A DNA stretch of 64,000 nt, from assembly GCA_015494465.1 (NCBI GenBank), contig WGBD01000004.1, positions 68,627 to 132,626 on the forward strand, in the 5' to 3' direction. Shown here piece after piece: positions 1 to 9,898 of the stretch; positions within the stretch are counted from its first letter, which is position 1; each line of letters begins with the position of its first letter. Source of the DNA: Candidatus Omnitrophota bacterium (GTDB lineage Bacteria; Omnitrophota; Gorgyraeia; S143-82). Position numbers and translations under genes: made by a program. The notes beneath the pieces were generated by a model. It worked only from the letters and a program-made list of their open reading frames with translations, had not been told where the DNA came from and did no database searches.

Positions 1-2
1 AT

Positions 3-1043
3 CAGGGCTATCTGTCCCCTTACTTCATCACCGATCCGGACAGGATGGAGTGCGTATTGGAGGATCCTTACATCCTGATACACGAGAAGAAGATATCCTC
101 TTTGAAGGACCTTCTGCCATTGTTGGAGAAGGTGGCCCGTTCGGGGAGACCGCTCTTGATCATAGCAGAGGACGTGGAAGGCGAGGCCCTTGCAACCTTG
201 GTGGTCAACAAACTGAGGGGGACCTTCCAGTGCTGTGCGGTAAAGGCCCCGGGTTACGGCGATCGTAGGAAGGCCATGCTTCAGGACATAGCCATCCTCA
301 CGGGTGGTAGGGCCATTACCGAGGATCTCGGTATAAAGCTCGAGAACGTGGAGCTTGAGGACCTCGGTAGGGCCAAAAGGGTAAGGATAACCAAGGACGA
401 TACCACCATAGTGGAGGGTGCAGGCAAACCTGAGGACATAAAGGCCCGCATCAACCAGATAAAGAAGCAAATAGAGGAAACCGACTCTGATTACGATAGG
501 GAAAAGCTCCAGGAGAGGCTTGCCAAGCTCGCTGGAGGCGTTGCGGTGATCAACGTAGGGGCGGCAACCGAGACTGAGATGAAGGAGAAGAAGGCACGGG
601 TGGAGGACGCCCTCCACGCGACCAGGGCTGCGGTCGAGGAAGGGATCGTGCCCGGTGGAGGCGTGGCCCTCATAAGGTGCCAGAAGATCTTGGAGGATGT
701 AAAGGCCGAAGGTGACATAAAGACCGGTGTGGATATCGTCAAGAGGGCGATAGAGTTTCCGCTCAGGCAGATCGTCTACAACGCGGGCCTTGAGCCTTCG
801 GTTATCGTACAGAAGGTCAAGGAGGCCAAGAAGGTAAGCGAGGGCTTCAACGCTGCAACCGAAGAGTTCGTGGACATGTTCGACGCCGGTATAATCGATC
901 CTGCCAAGGTTACTCGCACCGCACTTCAGAACGCTGCTAGTATAGCGTCGCTGATGCTCACGACCGAGGCCTTGGTGGTAGAAAAGCCAGAAAAGGAGAA
1001 GAATAACCCTATGCCGGGTGGCGGGTACGGTGACATGTACTAA
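3..1043 (+). CDS. groEL: Chaperonin GroEL (60 kDa), C-terminal ~346 aa; 5' end lies outside the window
   Basis: Translation from nt 3 reads [26 protein letters not shown]...; the equatorial/apical GroEL motifs are conserved; the glycine-rich C-terminal tail is [10 protein letters not shown]. Confidence 0.95.
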   Translation, partial: QGYLSPYFITDPDRMECVLEDPYILIHEKKISSLKDLLPLLEKVARSGRPLLIIAEDVEGEALATLVVNKLRGTFQCCAVKAPGYGDRRKAMLQDIAILTGGRAITEDLGIKLENVELEDLGRAKRVRITKDDTTIVEGAGKPEDIKARINQIKKQIEETDSDYDREKLQERLAKLAGGVAVINVGAATETEMKEKKARVEDALHATRAAVEEGIVPGGGVALIRCQKILEDVKAEGDIKTGVDIVKRAIEFPLRQIVYNAGLEPSVIVQKVKEAKKVSEGFNAATEEFVDMFDAGIIDPAKVTRTALQNAASIASLMLTTEALVVEKPEKEKNNPMPGGGYGDMY

Positions 1044-1068
1044 TCCCGGATAGGGGGAGAACATGGAT

Positions 1069-1101
1069 GGGGACGGCCAACCACGCCGTCCCTTTTTTAT
1101 T
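1069..1101 (+). terminator. Rho-independent terminator candidate downstream of groEL
   Basis: A 7-bp GC-rich stem (GGGACGG, 1070-1076, pairing with CCGTCCC, 1086-1092) is followed by TTTTTTATTT. Confidence 0.5.
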
Positions 1102-1196
1102 TCTCCTCGCTGAGGATTTGTTTTTAGAGAGGGAGCATTTGCATTATAATATCAATAATAATTCGCTGGTAGGCTACAGAATCCGGGAGGTCGCAG

Positions 1197-2786
1197 ATGG
1201 GATATAAGATCCTCATAACTGATCCTTTAGCGCCAGCAGGGATCGAGGTGCTCAAGCAGATTCCAGATGTGGAGATAGTAGAAAGGATAAAGGTCTCTCC
1301 TGACGAGCTCAAGGAGATAATCGGTGGCTACGATGTTCTGTTGGTAAGAAGTGGGACCAAGGTAACCGCGGATGTACTGGAACATGCCCACAGACTCAAG
1401 TTCATTGGCAGAGCGGGGGTGGGACTTGACAATGTAGATCTCGAGTATGCCACCCGTCGAGGGATTATCGTGATGAACACCCCGGGAGGCAACACGATAT
1501 CTACCGCAGAACACACCCTATCATTACTCTTGGCCCTGGCCAGGAACATACCCCAGGCCTATCAGTCGTTGAAAGAGAGGAGATGGGATAGGAAAAAGTT
1601 CATGGGAGTAGAATTATACGGAAAGACGCTGGGGATCATTGGCTTGGGGAGGATCGGTCGGGAAGTGGCCAAGCGGGCTCAGGCCTTCGGCATGAAGATA
1701 CTAGGTTACGACCCTTATCTTCCAGTGGAGAAGTTTAACGAATTGGGTATCCAACCTTCGGATGTGGACGAGATATGCGAAGAGGCGGACTTTATAACCG
1801 TCCACACCCCGTTAACCGACGAGACCAGACACCTTATAAACGAGAAACGATTGAAGAAGATGAAACCCACTGCCAGGATAGTGAACTGCGCCAGAGGTGG
1901 AATCGTTGACGAAAAGGCCTTGGTAAAGGCCCTTAAAGAGGGTTGGATTGCAGGTGCTGCCCTGGATGTCTTCGAAAACGAACCTCCGGTGGACTGGGAG
2001 ATGTTTGACTTACCCAATCTCATCGCCACACCCCATCTAGGGGCCTCCACCAAAGAGGCACAGGAGAAGGTCGCGGTGCAGATAGCCGAACAGATAAGGG
2101 ATGCCCTTACCGGCAAAGGTATCTTCAACGCAGCCAACTATCCCTCCATCGATCCGGCCTTGTACAAGATACTTGCACCCTACATAGATCTAGCCGATCG
2201 ACTGGGCAGGTTTATATCACAGATTATGGAAGGAAGGCTCAAGTCCATCCACATAACCTACCGGGGAGAGCCCTTAGTCTCTCAAGACACCACTGCGGTC
2301 AAGATGGCGGTCCTAAAAGGAGTCTTGTCAGGGATAGTCCAAGACAGCGTAAACTTCGTCAATGCCAAGGTAATAGCCGAGGAGCGTGGGCTAGAGGTCA
2401 AGGAAGGTAAGACCTCCAACCTGGAGGACTACGCAAATCTGATAGAGATCTCTCTGAAGACGGACAAGAGGATATTTTATGTGGCAGGTTCTATATTCAA
2501 AAAAGACGAACCGCGCATCGTGAGGATAGACGAGTTCAATCTCGAGGCTGTCCCTAGAGGCCACATGTTGATCACCTACAATCAGGATCGCCCAGGATTG
2601 ATTGGGCTCCTTGGAACTGTATTGGGTGAGGCCGGAGTAAACATCGCAGCGATGACTTTTGGTAGGGAAAAACCCATGGGATCTGCTATAATGGTATTGA
2701 ATCTGGATTCGGAAGTACCGGCAAGCGTACTAGAAAGATTAAAGCAGATCCCAGACATACACGACGTTAGGTCGGTAAGGCTGTAA
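1197..2786 (+). CDS. serA: D-3-phosphoglycerate dehydrogenase (2-hydroxyacid dehydrogenase catalytic and NAD domains plus C-terminal ACT domain)
   Basis: 529 aa; NAD-binding motif GIIGLGRIGREVA; long PGDH-type C-terminal extension ending in an ACT domain; GGGAGG ribosome-binding site 9 nt upstream. Confidence 0.9.
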   Translation: MGYKILITDPLAPAGIEVLKQIPDVEIVERIKVSPDELKEIIGGYDVLLVRSGTKVTADVLEHAHRLKFIGRAGVGLDNVDLEYATRRGIIVMNTPGGNTISTAEHTLSLLLALARNIPQAYQSLKERRWDRKKFMGVELYGKTLGIIGLGRIGREVAKRAQAFGMKILGYDPYLPVEKFNELGIQPSDVDEICEEADFITVHTPLTDETRHLINEKRLKKMKPTARIVNCARGGIVDEKALVKALKEGWIAGAALDVFENEPPVDWEMFDLPNLIATPHLGASTKEAQEKVAVQIAEQIRDALTGKGIFNAANYPSIDPALYKILAPYIDLADRLGRFISQIMEGRLKSIHITYRGEPLVSQDTTAVKMAVLKGVLSGIVQDSVNFVNAKVIAEERGLEVKEGKTSNLEDYANLIEISLKTDKRIFYVAGSIFKKDEPRIVRIDEFNLEAVPRGHMLITYNQDRPGLIGLLGTVLGEAGVNIAAMTFGREKPMGSAIMVLNLDSEVPASVLERLKQIPDIHDVRSVRL

Positions 2787-2823
2787 GGTCTCGCAAAGGG
2801 GGGCGCAACTTTCCATCGTTAAT

Positions 2824-5800
2824 ATGAGGGGTGGGATCGAACCTGTATACATAGATGACCTCACCGGAGTACTTAACCGCAGATACCTTTACGATCGTCT
2901 CCATTACGAGGTGGAGGTGGCCGAGAGAGAGAACACCTCGTTGTGGATGGCGGTCATAGACATCGACGACTTTAAGGCCATAAACGACACTTACGGCCAC
3001 CTAGAGGGAGACAACATCTTAAGGGAAGTGGCCTCTATCTTCCGCCGGTCGGTAAGGGCCACTGATAAGGTAATCCGGTTTGGTGGGGACGAGTTCGTTA
3101 TCCTCCTTACGGGAGGGGGATTGATATCAGCCCTCTCTGTGTTGAAGAGGGTCCGAGAAAACATCGCCCGCCACAGATTCTCCACCGGGATAACTGGCTT
3201 GACCATCGAGTTGACCATAAGCGTGGGATTAGCTGGCTATCCCGACGATACATCCGATCCCGAAAGGCTCCTCAGTTTGGCTGATGAGGCCCTTTACATG
3301 GCCAAGAACAAGGGTAAGGCAGGCATTGCCTTGGTATCGGACATACCTGCGGTGACTTTGCTCAGCAGAGAAATACTGGAACTGTTTCCCTCCAAGAGGA
3401 TCGTCGCAAGGGATCGAGAACTGGAAAAGGTCAAGGCCTTCTTGGGCTCCAGGGACGATCGCGTCCTGGCGGTAAGCGGTGATTTCGGCGTTGGTAAAAG
3501 CAGATTCTTAAAGGAGATAGAGCAGATCGCTCCAATGTATTCATTCGTTCCCTTCTTTGCCACTACCTATGGGAGAAGGGCTCCTACTTTGTACGACATG
3601 TGGCGCCACTTTGAGCATAATTACCTAGATGTGTATCCAGATCTCATCTCCCAATTCTCTCCTCAGGCCTTGGAGAACATACAGGATTCTATGGCCTTGG
3701 TGCAGGACAGGCGAATTCTTTCCTCGATTGACCAATTCATCCGCAAGGTAGCCCAGAACTACCCAGTCGTGTTTATCCTTGACGACCTAGTATACAGCGA
3801 CGAAGAGAGCCTCTGGGCAATAGTTAGGCTGATGAGCAACTTTGGGCCCAATGCGAAATTCATCTATTCCACCGACTCGGACACATCCTTTGAACACATA
3901 AAAACCTATTCTTCTATATTTTCGGACAGGTTTACCGTCACCTCTATTGCCTTGCACCCACTCGACAGGGAAGGGGTGGAAGAGTTCATCAACTCCGTCT
4001 TGGCGAATCCACTTATGGATGGAGGGATACCCGAGCTATTGTTAGAGGTTAGCAAGGGAAATCTGATGTTCCTTGAAGAACTCTTAAAGTACATGATTGC
4101 CAAGCGCATGGTATATAAATCCCACCAAAACTGGATCTTCCGCTCTTCTCGGGAGATAAGAAACGAGATAGAAGGCATTGGATTTTTTGAACTCATGCTA
4201 AAGCGGGTTCATACCCTAGAGGCGATGTTGTTCAAAGAACTGCACCAGCTAGCTTCCCAGGGAAAGAGCGTCTCTGAGATATGGAAACAAGAGATAGGTG
4301 TCGTCAGAAAGGGTTATCTTCTGGACATCGTGAAGGCCCTCCACAAGGAAAAACTTCTACGCAATCGGCGGTTCTATGTGGAAGACTATCCTAATGTGGC
4401 AGTGAAGGAGATATACAGCATTCTCCTGGAAAAGAACAAAGAGATACGGAGCGATTCCGTTGAATTGATCCACAAAGGTCCAGCCTCACAGACTTCTATA
4501 GTAGATAGATTGTCCTCGCTTTTTTCGTATCCTAAGCTGAATTTGAACGATCCGGAGCCGTATTCGTTTATCTCAGAATTTTGGCAGGGAATGAGCAGTC
4601 TATTGGAGATAGAAAATCTTCAAGAGTTGTCTCGGAGGGTGAGTGAATTCTCCGAAAGACTTTATCCCAAATTGAAGAAGTTGTTCTCCTCGGTTACTCT
4701 GATTACCTTTAGCGTAAACGAAGAGGGACTTTTAGTCAACGAGATCCCGGTGTCCTTTCTGGAAAAAGGAATCGTGGAAAGTATCCGTAGACTCTTTGAG
4801 CTGATGGACAAAGAGGCCATAACGATTTTGGGTTCTATCTCTGAGGACGATTTTCGCTACCTGATCTGGTATCTTATCCTGGTCTCCATGGGGGTTTCCA
4901 CTGTATATCTAAGATCGGAATCGGTGCTCTTTAACAAAGTATCCCCCCATAAGCTCAGAGAGATCTTCTACCAGTCATCGAATGAAATCCCAGCTTCCGC
5001 AGATGCCAAGCAAGATAGGTCTCAATCGGTGGAGTTTTACAGGGCCCAACAGATGGTGATCTATACATACCTATTCGTAGATCCTAAGGATTACGATTCC
5101 ACAAGTGCCTTGAAAGAGCTCTTTACGGATAACGCCTCTCTGCTCAGGCTTTGGCTCCTTGGAGTCTCTCTTAATTACTATTCTTGGGGGATCCCTAAGT
5201 TGGTGAAAACGGCATTAGCCGATCTGCATCCCGGCCAATTGGCGGAGAACTTGGATCTTCTGTATCAGAATAAACTCATCCCGAGACAATTCATACAGAT
5301 CCTCTTGGAGGTTTTGCCTTCCCAAGTACAAAAGGAGTGTTACGAGTCCTTACCTGAAGAACTCCGCATGCAAGTCCTGGGCAAGGCTGAAGACGGAGAG
5401 CAAATGTATAAGTCTCTCCTCTCCCTTTCTGACCTTGACAGATGGGGAGAAGCCCTCTATCAGGGGGTCGGAGACTTCATAGAGGGCCTCCGTTCAGATG
5501 AGAACGTGCTATATCTCTTTATGGATTCCCTCGAGATGAGCCTTGGGGAAACCTCTATCTTCTGGACCCTGTCCCCTCTGATTCCCCAGATGGTAAGGGC
5601 ATTATACCAAAAAGAGATGGACTTGATGGCCCAAAAGGTGATCGATACCTATCTGGCCTCGTTGGTCGCCCAGGGTTTTCAACACGATAGATTCCTGATC
5701 TTTGCCAAATCCGTCGTCTCTGCTATGCTCCAGTACGAAAAGAATAGCTCCTACATAATGCGCGTAATAACCATGCTGAAAAGGTGGAACAACATCCCTT

Positions 5801-6372
5801 ATGCCCGTATTCTTTCAGATGTGGAGATCATGGTAGATACCTTCTACTTGGTAGAAAGGTTCTTCACCATGGTCTCCAACGGTGAGGGGGAGGACGGGAC
5901 CTTGGTTAGGATTATATTTACGGTCGGGGAACTCCCCATGCGCTACTTCCTGCGCAGGTTGATCATCTCCGAAGACATAAGCTCTTTTGGATACTTCGAC
6001 CTGTTCCTCGCCCGGAGGGTGGTAGGGATGAATGTGCCCCCGGAGAGGAAACAAGAGGTGGTTAATCTCATCACCGCCTATCTTAAGAGCGATGTGTGGT
6101 ATGTGGTACGCAATGCTATGGAGCTTTTGTCCTACATTATATCGCCTAACGAAGTAGACATATTCAGACCTTTGCTTTACTACCCCAACGAAAGGGTCCT
6201 AAAGCGTCTGGTCTTTATCCTGTCACGATTAAAAGGCCCGCTGGCAGAAAAGATGCTACTAGAGCTCCTAAAACAGCCCAACCTGAGCAAGGACATACAG
6301 GAGAGGATCTACAAGGTACTGCGCAAGTCGAAGGATCCGGAACTGCTTGCGGAACTGAATGCTTTAATCTAA
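2824..6372 (+). CDS. Multidomain signalling protein: N-terminal GGDEF diguanylate cyclase (intact GGDEF motif plus RxxD I-site), central P-loop STAND/AAA-like NTPase, and C-terminal alpha-helical (HEAT/ARM-like) repeat region
   Basis: 1182 aa. GGDEF domain: LTGVLNRRYL...RATDKVIRFGGDEFVILL (nt ~2860-3330). Walker A VSGDFGVGKSRF (nt ~3480-3505) and Walker B VVFILDDLVYSDEE. The remaining ~750 aa is helical-repeat-like, e.g. PNERVLKRLVFILSRL. Confidence 0.8.
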   Translation: MRGGIEPVYIDDLTGVLNRRYLYDRLHYEVEVAERENTSLWMAVIDIDDFKAINDTYGHLEGDNILREVASIFRRSVRATDKVIRFGGDEFVILLTGGGLISALSVLKRVRENIARHRFSTGITGLTIELTISVGLAGYPDDTSDPERLLSLADEALYMAKNKGKAGIALVSDIPAVTLLSREILELFPSKRIVARDRELEKVKAFLGSRDDRVLAVSGDFGVGKSRFLKEIEQIAPMYSFVPFFATTYGRRAPTLYDMWRHFEHNYLDVYPDLISQFSPQALENIQDSMALVQDRRILSSIDQFIRKVAQNYPVVFILDDLVYSDEESLWAIVRLMSNFGPNAKFIYSTDSDTSFEHIKTYSSIFSDRFTVTSIALHPLDREGVEEFINSVLANPLMDGGIPELLLEVSKGNLMFLEELLKYMIAKRMVYKSHQNWIFRSSREIRNEIEGIGFFELMLKRVHTLEAMLFKELHQLASQGKSVSEIWKQEIGVVRKGYLLDIVKALHKEKLLRNRRFYVEDYPNVAVKEIYSILLEKNKEIRSDSVELIHKGPASQTSIVDRLSSLFSYPKLNLNDPEPYSFISEFWQGMSSLLEIENLQELSRRVSEFSERLYPKLKKLFSSVTLITFSVNEEGLLVNEIPVSFLEKGIVESIRRLFELMDKEAITILGSISEDDFRYLIWYLILVSMGVSTVYLRSESVLFNKVSPHKLREIFYQSSNEIPASADAKQDRSQSVEFYRAQQMVIYTYLFVDPKDYDSTSALKELFTDNASLLRLWLLGVSLNYYSWGIPKLVKTALADLHPGQLAENLDLLYQNKLIPRQFIQILLEVLPSQVQKECYESLPEELRMQVLGKAEDGEQMYKSLLSLSDLDRWGEALYQGVGDFIEGLRSDENVLYLFMDSLEMSLGETSIFWTLSPLIPQMVRALYQKEMDLMAQKVIDTYLASLVAQGFQHDRFLIFAKSVVSAMLQYEKNSSYIMRVITMLKRWNNIPYARILSDVEIMVDTFYLVERFFTMVSNGEGEDGTLVRIIFTVGELPMRYFLRRLIISEDISSFGYFDLFLARRVVGMNVPPERKQEVVNLITAYLKSDVWYVVRNAMELLSYIISPNEVDIFRPLLYYPNERVLKRLVFILSRLKGPLAEKMLLELLKQPNLSKDIQERIYKVLRKSKDPELLAELNALI

Positions 6373-6381
6373 TATAAGATC

Positions 6382-6837
6382 ATGGACTGGTTAAAGGCCT
6401 TATCTGGTAAGAAGAAGCAATTGATAGGGCAGATCGTGCGTCGAAAGGGCTACGTAACTGAAGAGCAGATAAGGGAGGCGCTTAAGTATCAACAAGAACT
6501 GTCGGAAAAGCTTCCACTCGGTGAGATCCTCATCCTAAAGGGTTTTATAGACGAAGACAAGCTCTTGGGTGCAATCTCGGCCCAATCGGGAGTGCCTTAC
6601 CTGTCACCCTTCGACTACGATGTCGATAAACGGCTGTTTTTGTTAATACCTAAATCGGTGGCAGAAAGGTATGTCATATTCCCGTTAGATAAAAAGGCGG
6701 ACCTGCTCTGGTTGGTCGTGAGCGATCCCTACGATCGAGAGATGTTCCTCCACATAAGGGACTTAACGGGTTGCAAGATCATGCCGTTCTTGGCCACAAA
6801 AGATGAGATACGCAAGGCGATAGAAGAGTTTTATTGA
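6382..6837 (+). CDS. Standalone T2SSE_N / MshEN-like domain protein (putative c-di-GMP receptor)
   Basis: 151 aa with two tandem ~24-residue motifs of the MshEN type: LIGQIVRRKGYVTEEQIREALKYQ and PLGEILILKGFIDEDKLLGAISAQ. These are followed by the GspE-N-like beta region (YVIFPLDKKADLLWLVVSDPYD). There is no ATPase domain. Confidence 0.7.
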   Translation: MDWLKALSGKKKQLIGQIVRRKGYVTEEQIREALKYQQELSEKLPLGEILILKGFIDEDKLLGAISAQSGVPYLSPFDYDVDKRLFLLIPKSVAERYVIFPLDKKADLLWLVVSDPYDREMFLHIRDLTGCKIMPFLATKDEIRKAIEEFY

Positions 6838-6854
6838 TCAAAAAGGAGGGAAGA

Positions 6855-8060
6855 ATGCCCAGATTTATCTATTACGCCAAGGACAAAGACGGGAAGACCA
6901 CTCGAGGGATAGTAGAGGCCAAGGACAAGGCTATGGCCCTAGATATACTCCATCGCCGAGGTATGGTCATCTTGAGATTGGAAGAGGAATTGGTCAAGGG
7001 CAAAAAACCCGGATGGGGGCAATCGGTTCCACTGATGGACCTGGTCCTTTTCACTCGCCAGTTAGCTACTATGATAGATTCGGGTATTCCCTTACCCCAG
7101 GCCTTTGAGATATTGTACGAACAGGTCAGCAGGCCTTACTTTAAGAAGGTGATATACGCTGTCAAGGAAGACATAGAGGCAGGTGAGAGCCTTTCCAATG
7201 CCCTTTCTAAATTCCCGACGGTATTCTCACCATTGTACATCCACATGATAAAGGCAGGTGAGGCCAGTGGTGCGCTGAGTGAGATCATGGAAAGATTGGC
7301 TAGTTACCTAGAGAGTGCCAATACCCTCGCTACCAAAGTAAGGTCTGCCATGGTCTACCCGGTGGCGGTCTTGATCGTGGCCTCCTTGATCACCGCGGGA
7401 TTGTTGATATTCGTTGTCCCTATATTTAAGGATCTGTTCGAAAGCCTAGGGGGTGAATTACCGCTTCCCACCCGGATCCTTATGGCCACCAGCGACATCC
7501 TGAGACATTACGCCCTGATCGTGGCAATCGTTATCGGTATATTGGTCTTTGCCTTGCTGAAGGCGATAAACACCGAAAAGGGAAGGTACATCTACGACAG
7601 TCTACTATTGAAGTTGCCAGTGATAGGTGACCTCTTGAAGAAGGTCGCTATAGCCAAGTTCGCCAGGACCTTTGCTACCTTGATGAAGAGTGGGGTTCCG
7701 ATCTTGGATAGTTTGGAGATAGTGGCTCGAGTCAGCGGGAACAAGGTGATCGAGCAAAACCTATTGAGGGCCAAGGAAGGGGTAAAGGAAGGCGAAAGCA
7801 TATCTAAGCCACTGGAGAAGGCGGGCATCTTTCCTCCCATGGTCTACCGAATGGTAGCGGTGGGTGAGCAGACCGGTGAGTTGGAGAAGATGTTGAACAA
7901 GATATCGGACTTCTACGAGGAACAGGTCAACGCAGCGATAGAGGCCTTGACCTCGGTGATGGAGCCGATTATCATGGTAGTCTTGGGTGGGCTCATCGGT
8001 GGTATCGTCATATCGCTGTATCTGCCCGTCTTCAACATCAGCAAGCTGTTACAGCAGTAA
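6855..8060 (+). CDS. Type II secretion / type IV pilus platform protein (GspF/PilC family)
   Basis: ~401 aa from the ATG at 6855 (ribosome-binding site AAGGAGGG). It has two GspF repeats with three transmembrane segments, e.g. GIPLPQAFEILYEQ... and GVPILDSLEIVARVSGN. The TTG at 6834 offered by the ORF track is a less likely start. Confidence 0.85.
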   Translation: MPRFIYYAKDKDGKTTRGIVEAKDKAMALDILHRRGMVILRLEEELVKGKKPGWGQSVPLMDLVLFTRQLATMIDSGIPLPQAFEILYEQVSRPYFKKVIYAVKEDIEAGESLSNALSKFPTVFSPLYIHMIKAGEASGALSEIMERLASYLESANTLATKVRSAMVYPVAVLIVASLITAGLLIFVVPIFKDLFESLGGELPLPTRILMATSDILRHYALIVAIVIGILVFALLKAINTEKGRYIYDSLLLKLPVIGDLLKKVAIAKFARTFATLMKSGVPILDSLEIVARVSGNKVIEQNLLRAKEGVKEGESISKPLEKAGIFPPMVYRMVAVGEQTGELEKMLNKISDFYEEQVNAAIEALTSVMEPIIMVVLGGLIGGIVISLYLPVFNISKLLQQ

Positions 8061-8082
8061 ACGGAGGGGAAAGAGAAGGACC

Positions 8083-9396
8083 ATGGGAAGGAAGGCACTG
8101 GTAATAGGATCTGGAGGAAGGGAACACGCCATCGTTTGGGCGTTGAGGTACCGCAGTCTAGATGTGGAGGAGATCTATTGCGTTCCTGGCAATGCAGGGA
8201 TATCAGAGATCGCTACCTGCCTGCCGACGATGGATTGGAAGGACTTCGCCGGCCTGATAGACCTTGCAAGGGACAAAGAGATCGACCTCACGGTGGTAGG
8301 GCCGGAGGCGCCTTTGGTGGCTGGTATAGTAGATGCCTTCAACGAGGCCGGTCTTACCATATTTGGCCCCGGCAAGGTCGCTTCTCAATTGGAGGGGAGC
8401 AAGGTCTGGGCAAAAAAGCTGATGAAAAAGTACGACATTCCCACCGCAGAGTTTGAGACATTCGACGATCCCGAAAAGGCCCTGGTGTACATCCAAAAGA
8501 AGGATACATATCCCATAGTGGTAAAGGCGGACGGTTTAGCTGGGGGGAAAGGAGTAATGATCGCGGAGACTTTCGATCAGGCCAAGGAGGCAATAGAGGA
8601 GATAATGCTCCGCAGGAGGTTTGGAAGCGCTGGCGAGAAGGTGGTGGTGGAAGAGTACCTCCAAGGGGAAGAGGTATCCATAATAGCGGTCACGGACGGG
8701 GAGTACATACTTCCCATGCTCTCTTCTCAAGATCACAAGGCCATATACGATGGGGATAGAGGACCGAACACCGGGGGGATGGGGGCCTATTCCAGCGCCC
8801 CGATCGTGGACTACTCCTTGAGCAAGAGGATAGAGTCGGAGATCCTCTTCAGGTTGTTGGAGGGCCTAAAAAAAGAGGGGATAGAGTACAAGGGGGTAAT
8901 CTACGCCGGCCTTATGATCACTGAGGACGGGCCGAGGGTCCTGGAATTCAATGTGAGGTTTGGGGACCCAGAGGCTCAGGCGATACTGCCTAGATTCCGA
9001 GGGGACTTCTTCGACCTGCTCTTGGCCTCTGCAACCCAAGGCATAAACAAGCAAGTAGTCAACTGGGATCCACGGCAATGCGTTTGCGTAGTGCTTGCCT
9101 CTCGAGGCTATCCCGGCAAGTACGAGACCGGGAAGGTGATATACGGCCTAGAAAAATTCACTGACGAAGACGACATACTCATATTCCACGCGGGAACGAA
9201 ACGAGACGACCAGGGAAGGATAGTGACAGCAGGAGGGCGAGTGCTGGGAGTAACCGCCCTAGGCAAAGATCTAAAAGAGGCAAGGGACAAGGCCTATTCC
9301 GCAGTGGAAGAGATCAACTTCGAGGGCAAGTACTATCGGAGAGACATCGCGGAGAAGGGGATACGGAGGCTGGAACAGACGCAAAGAAGCGGATGA
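8083..9396 (+). CDS. purD: Phosphoribosylamine--glycine ligase
   Basis: MGRKALVIGSGGREHAIVWAL...; ATP-grasp fold; GGAGGGG ribosome-binding site before the ATG at 8083. The upstream extension to 7987 in the ORF track overlaps pilC and is not supported. Confidence 0.9.
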   Translation: MGRKALVIGSGGREHAIVWALRYRSLDVEEIYCVPGNAGISEIATCLPTMDWKDFAGLIDLARDKEIDLTVVGPEAPLVAGIVDAFNEAGLTIFGPGKVASQLEGSKVWAKKLMKKYDIPTAEFETFDDPEKALVYIQKKDTYPIVVKADGLAGGKGVMIAETFDQAKEAIEEIMLRRRFGSAGEKVVVEEYLQGEEVSIIAVTDGEYILPMLSSQDHKAIYDGDRGPNTGGMGAYSSAPIVDYSLSKRIESEILFRLLEGLKKEGIEYKGVIYAGLMITEDGPRVLEFNVRFGDPEAQAILPRFRGDFFDLLLASATQGINKQVVNWDPRQCVCVVLASRGYPGKYETGKVIYGLEKFTDEDDILIFHAGTKRDDQGRIVTAGGRVLGVTALGKDLKEARDKAYSAVEEINFEGKYYRRDIAEKGIRRLEQTQRSG

Positions 9397-9400
9397 TCCT

Positions 9401-9898
9401 TTGCAGGAGGAGGTCATGCAGGTAGCGATAATAATGGGAAGCAAGTCCGACTATCCCTTGGTCAAGGAGGGTGAGGACCTTTTGAAGGCCTTTGATGTGT
9501 CTTACGACGTAAGGATCCTCTCCGCTCACCGCACCCCGGAGGCCTTGGTGGAGTATGTCAAGTCGCTGAAGGACAACGGGGTGAGGGTAGTAATCGCAGT
9601 AGCGGGCAAGGCCGCTGCCCTGCCCGGGGTAGTGGCAGCACATACCACCCTGCCGGTGATTGGGGTGCCGGTAGAGACGAAGCTGTTGGGCCTGGATTCG
9701 CTGTTTTCGATCTGTCAGATGCCTGCCGGAGTCCCGGTTGCGACCATGGGGATAGGCAGATCCGGGATGATTAACGCGGTACTCTTTGCCATACAGATCC
9801 TTGCGGGGGAGGATCCAGGATTGGAACAGAGGCTGTTGGCCTACCGCGAGGAGATGGCCCAGAAGGTACTTCTCTCCGAACGCGAGATCAAGCCTTGA
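9401..9898 (+). CDS. purE: N5-carboxyaminoimidazole ribonucleotide mutase (PurE)
   Basis: MQVAIIMGSKSDYPLVKEG...SAHRTPE...VAGKAAALPGVVAAHTTLPVIGVP. The start may instead be the ATG at 9416. Confidence 0.9.
   Translation: MQEEVMQVAIIMGSKSDYPLVKEGEDLLKAFDVSYDVRILSAHRTPEALVEYVKSLKDNGVRVVIAVAGKAAALPGVVAAHTTLPVIGVPVETKLLGLDSLFSICQMPAGVPVATMGIGRSGMINAVLFAIQILAGEDPGLEQRLLAYREEMAQKVLLSEREIKP

Noticed and set aside
1104-1196. A possible sigma-54 (-24/-12) promoter, GGagcatttGCA, upstream of serA
   Set aside because: The GG-to-GC spacing is 7 nt rather than the required 10. Only a generic TATAAT-like hexamer (about 1143) remains, which is too weak to annotate.
8136-9078. Multiple 60-110-aa ORFs in both orientations inside purD
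   Set aside because: They are embedded in a strongly supported purD frame; they are spurious.
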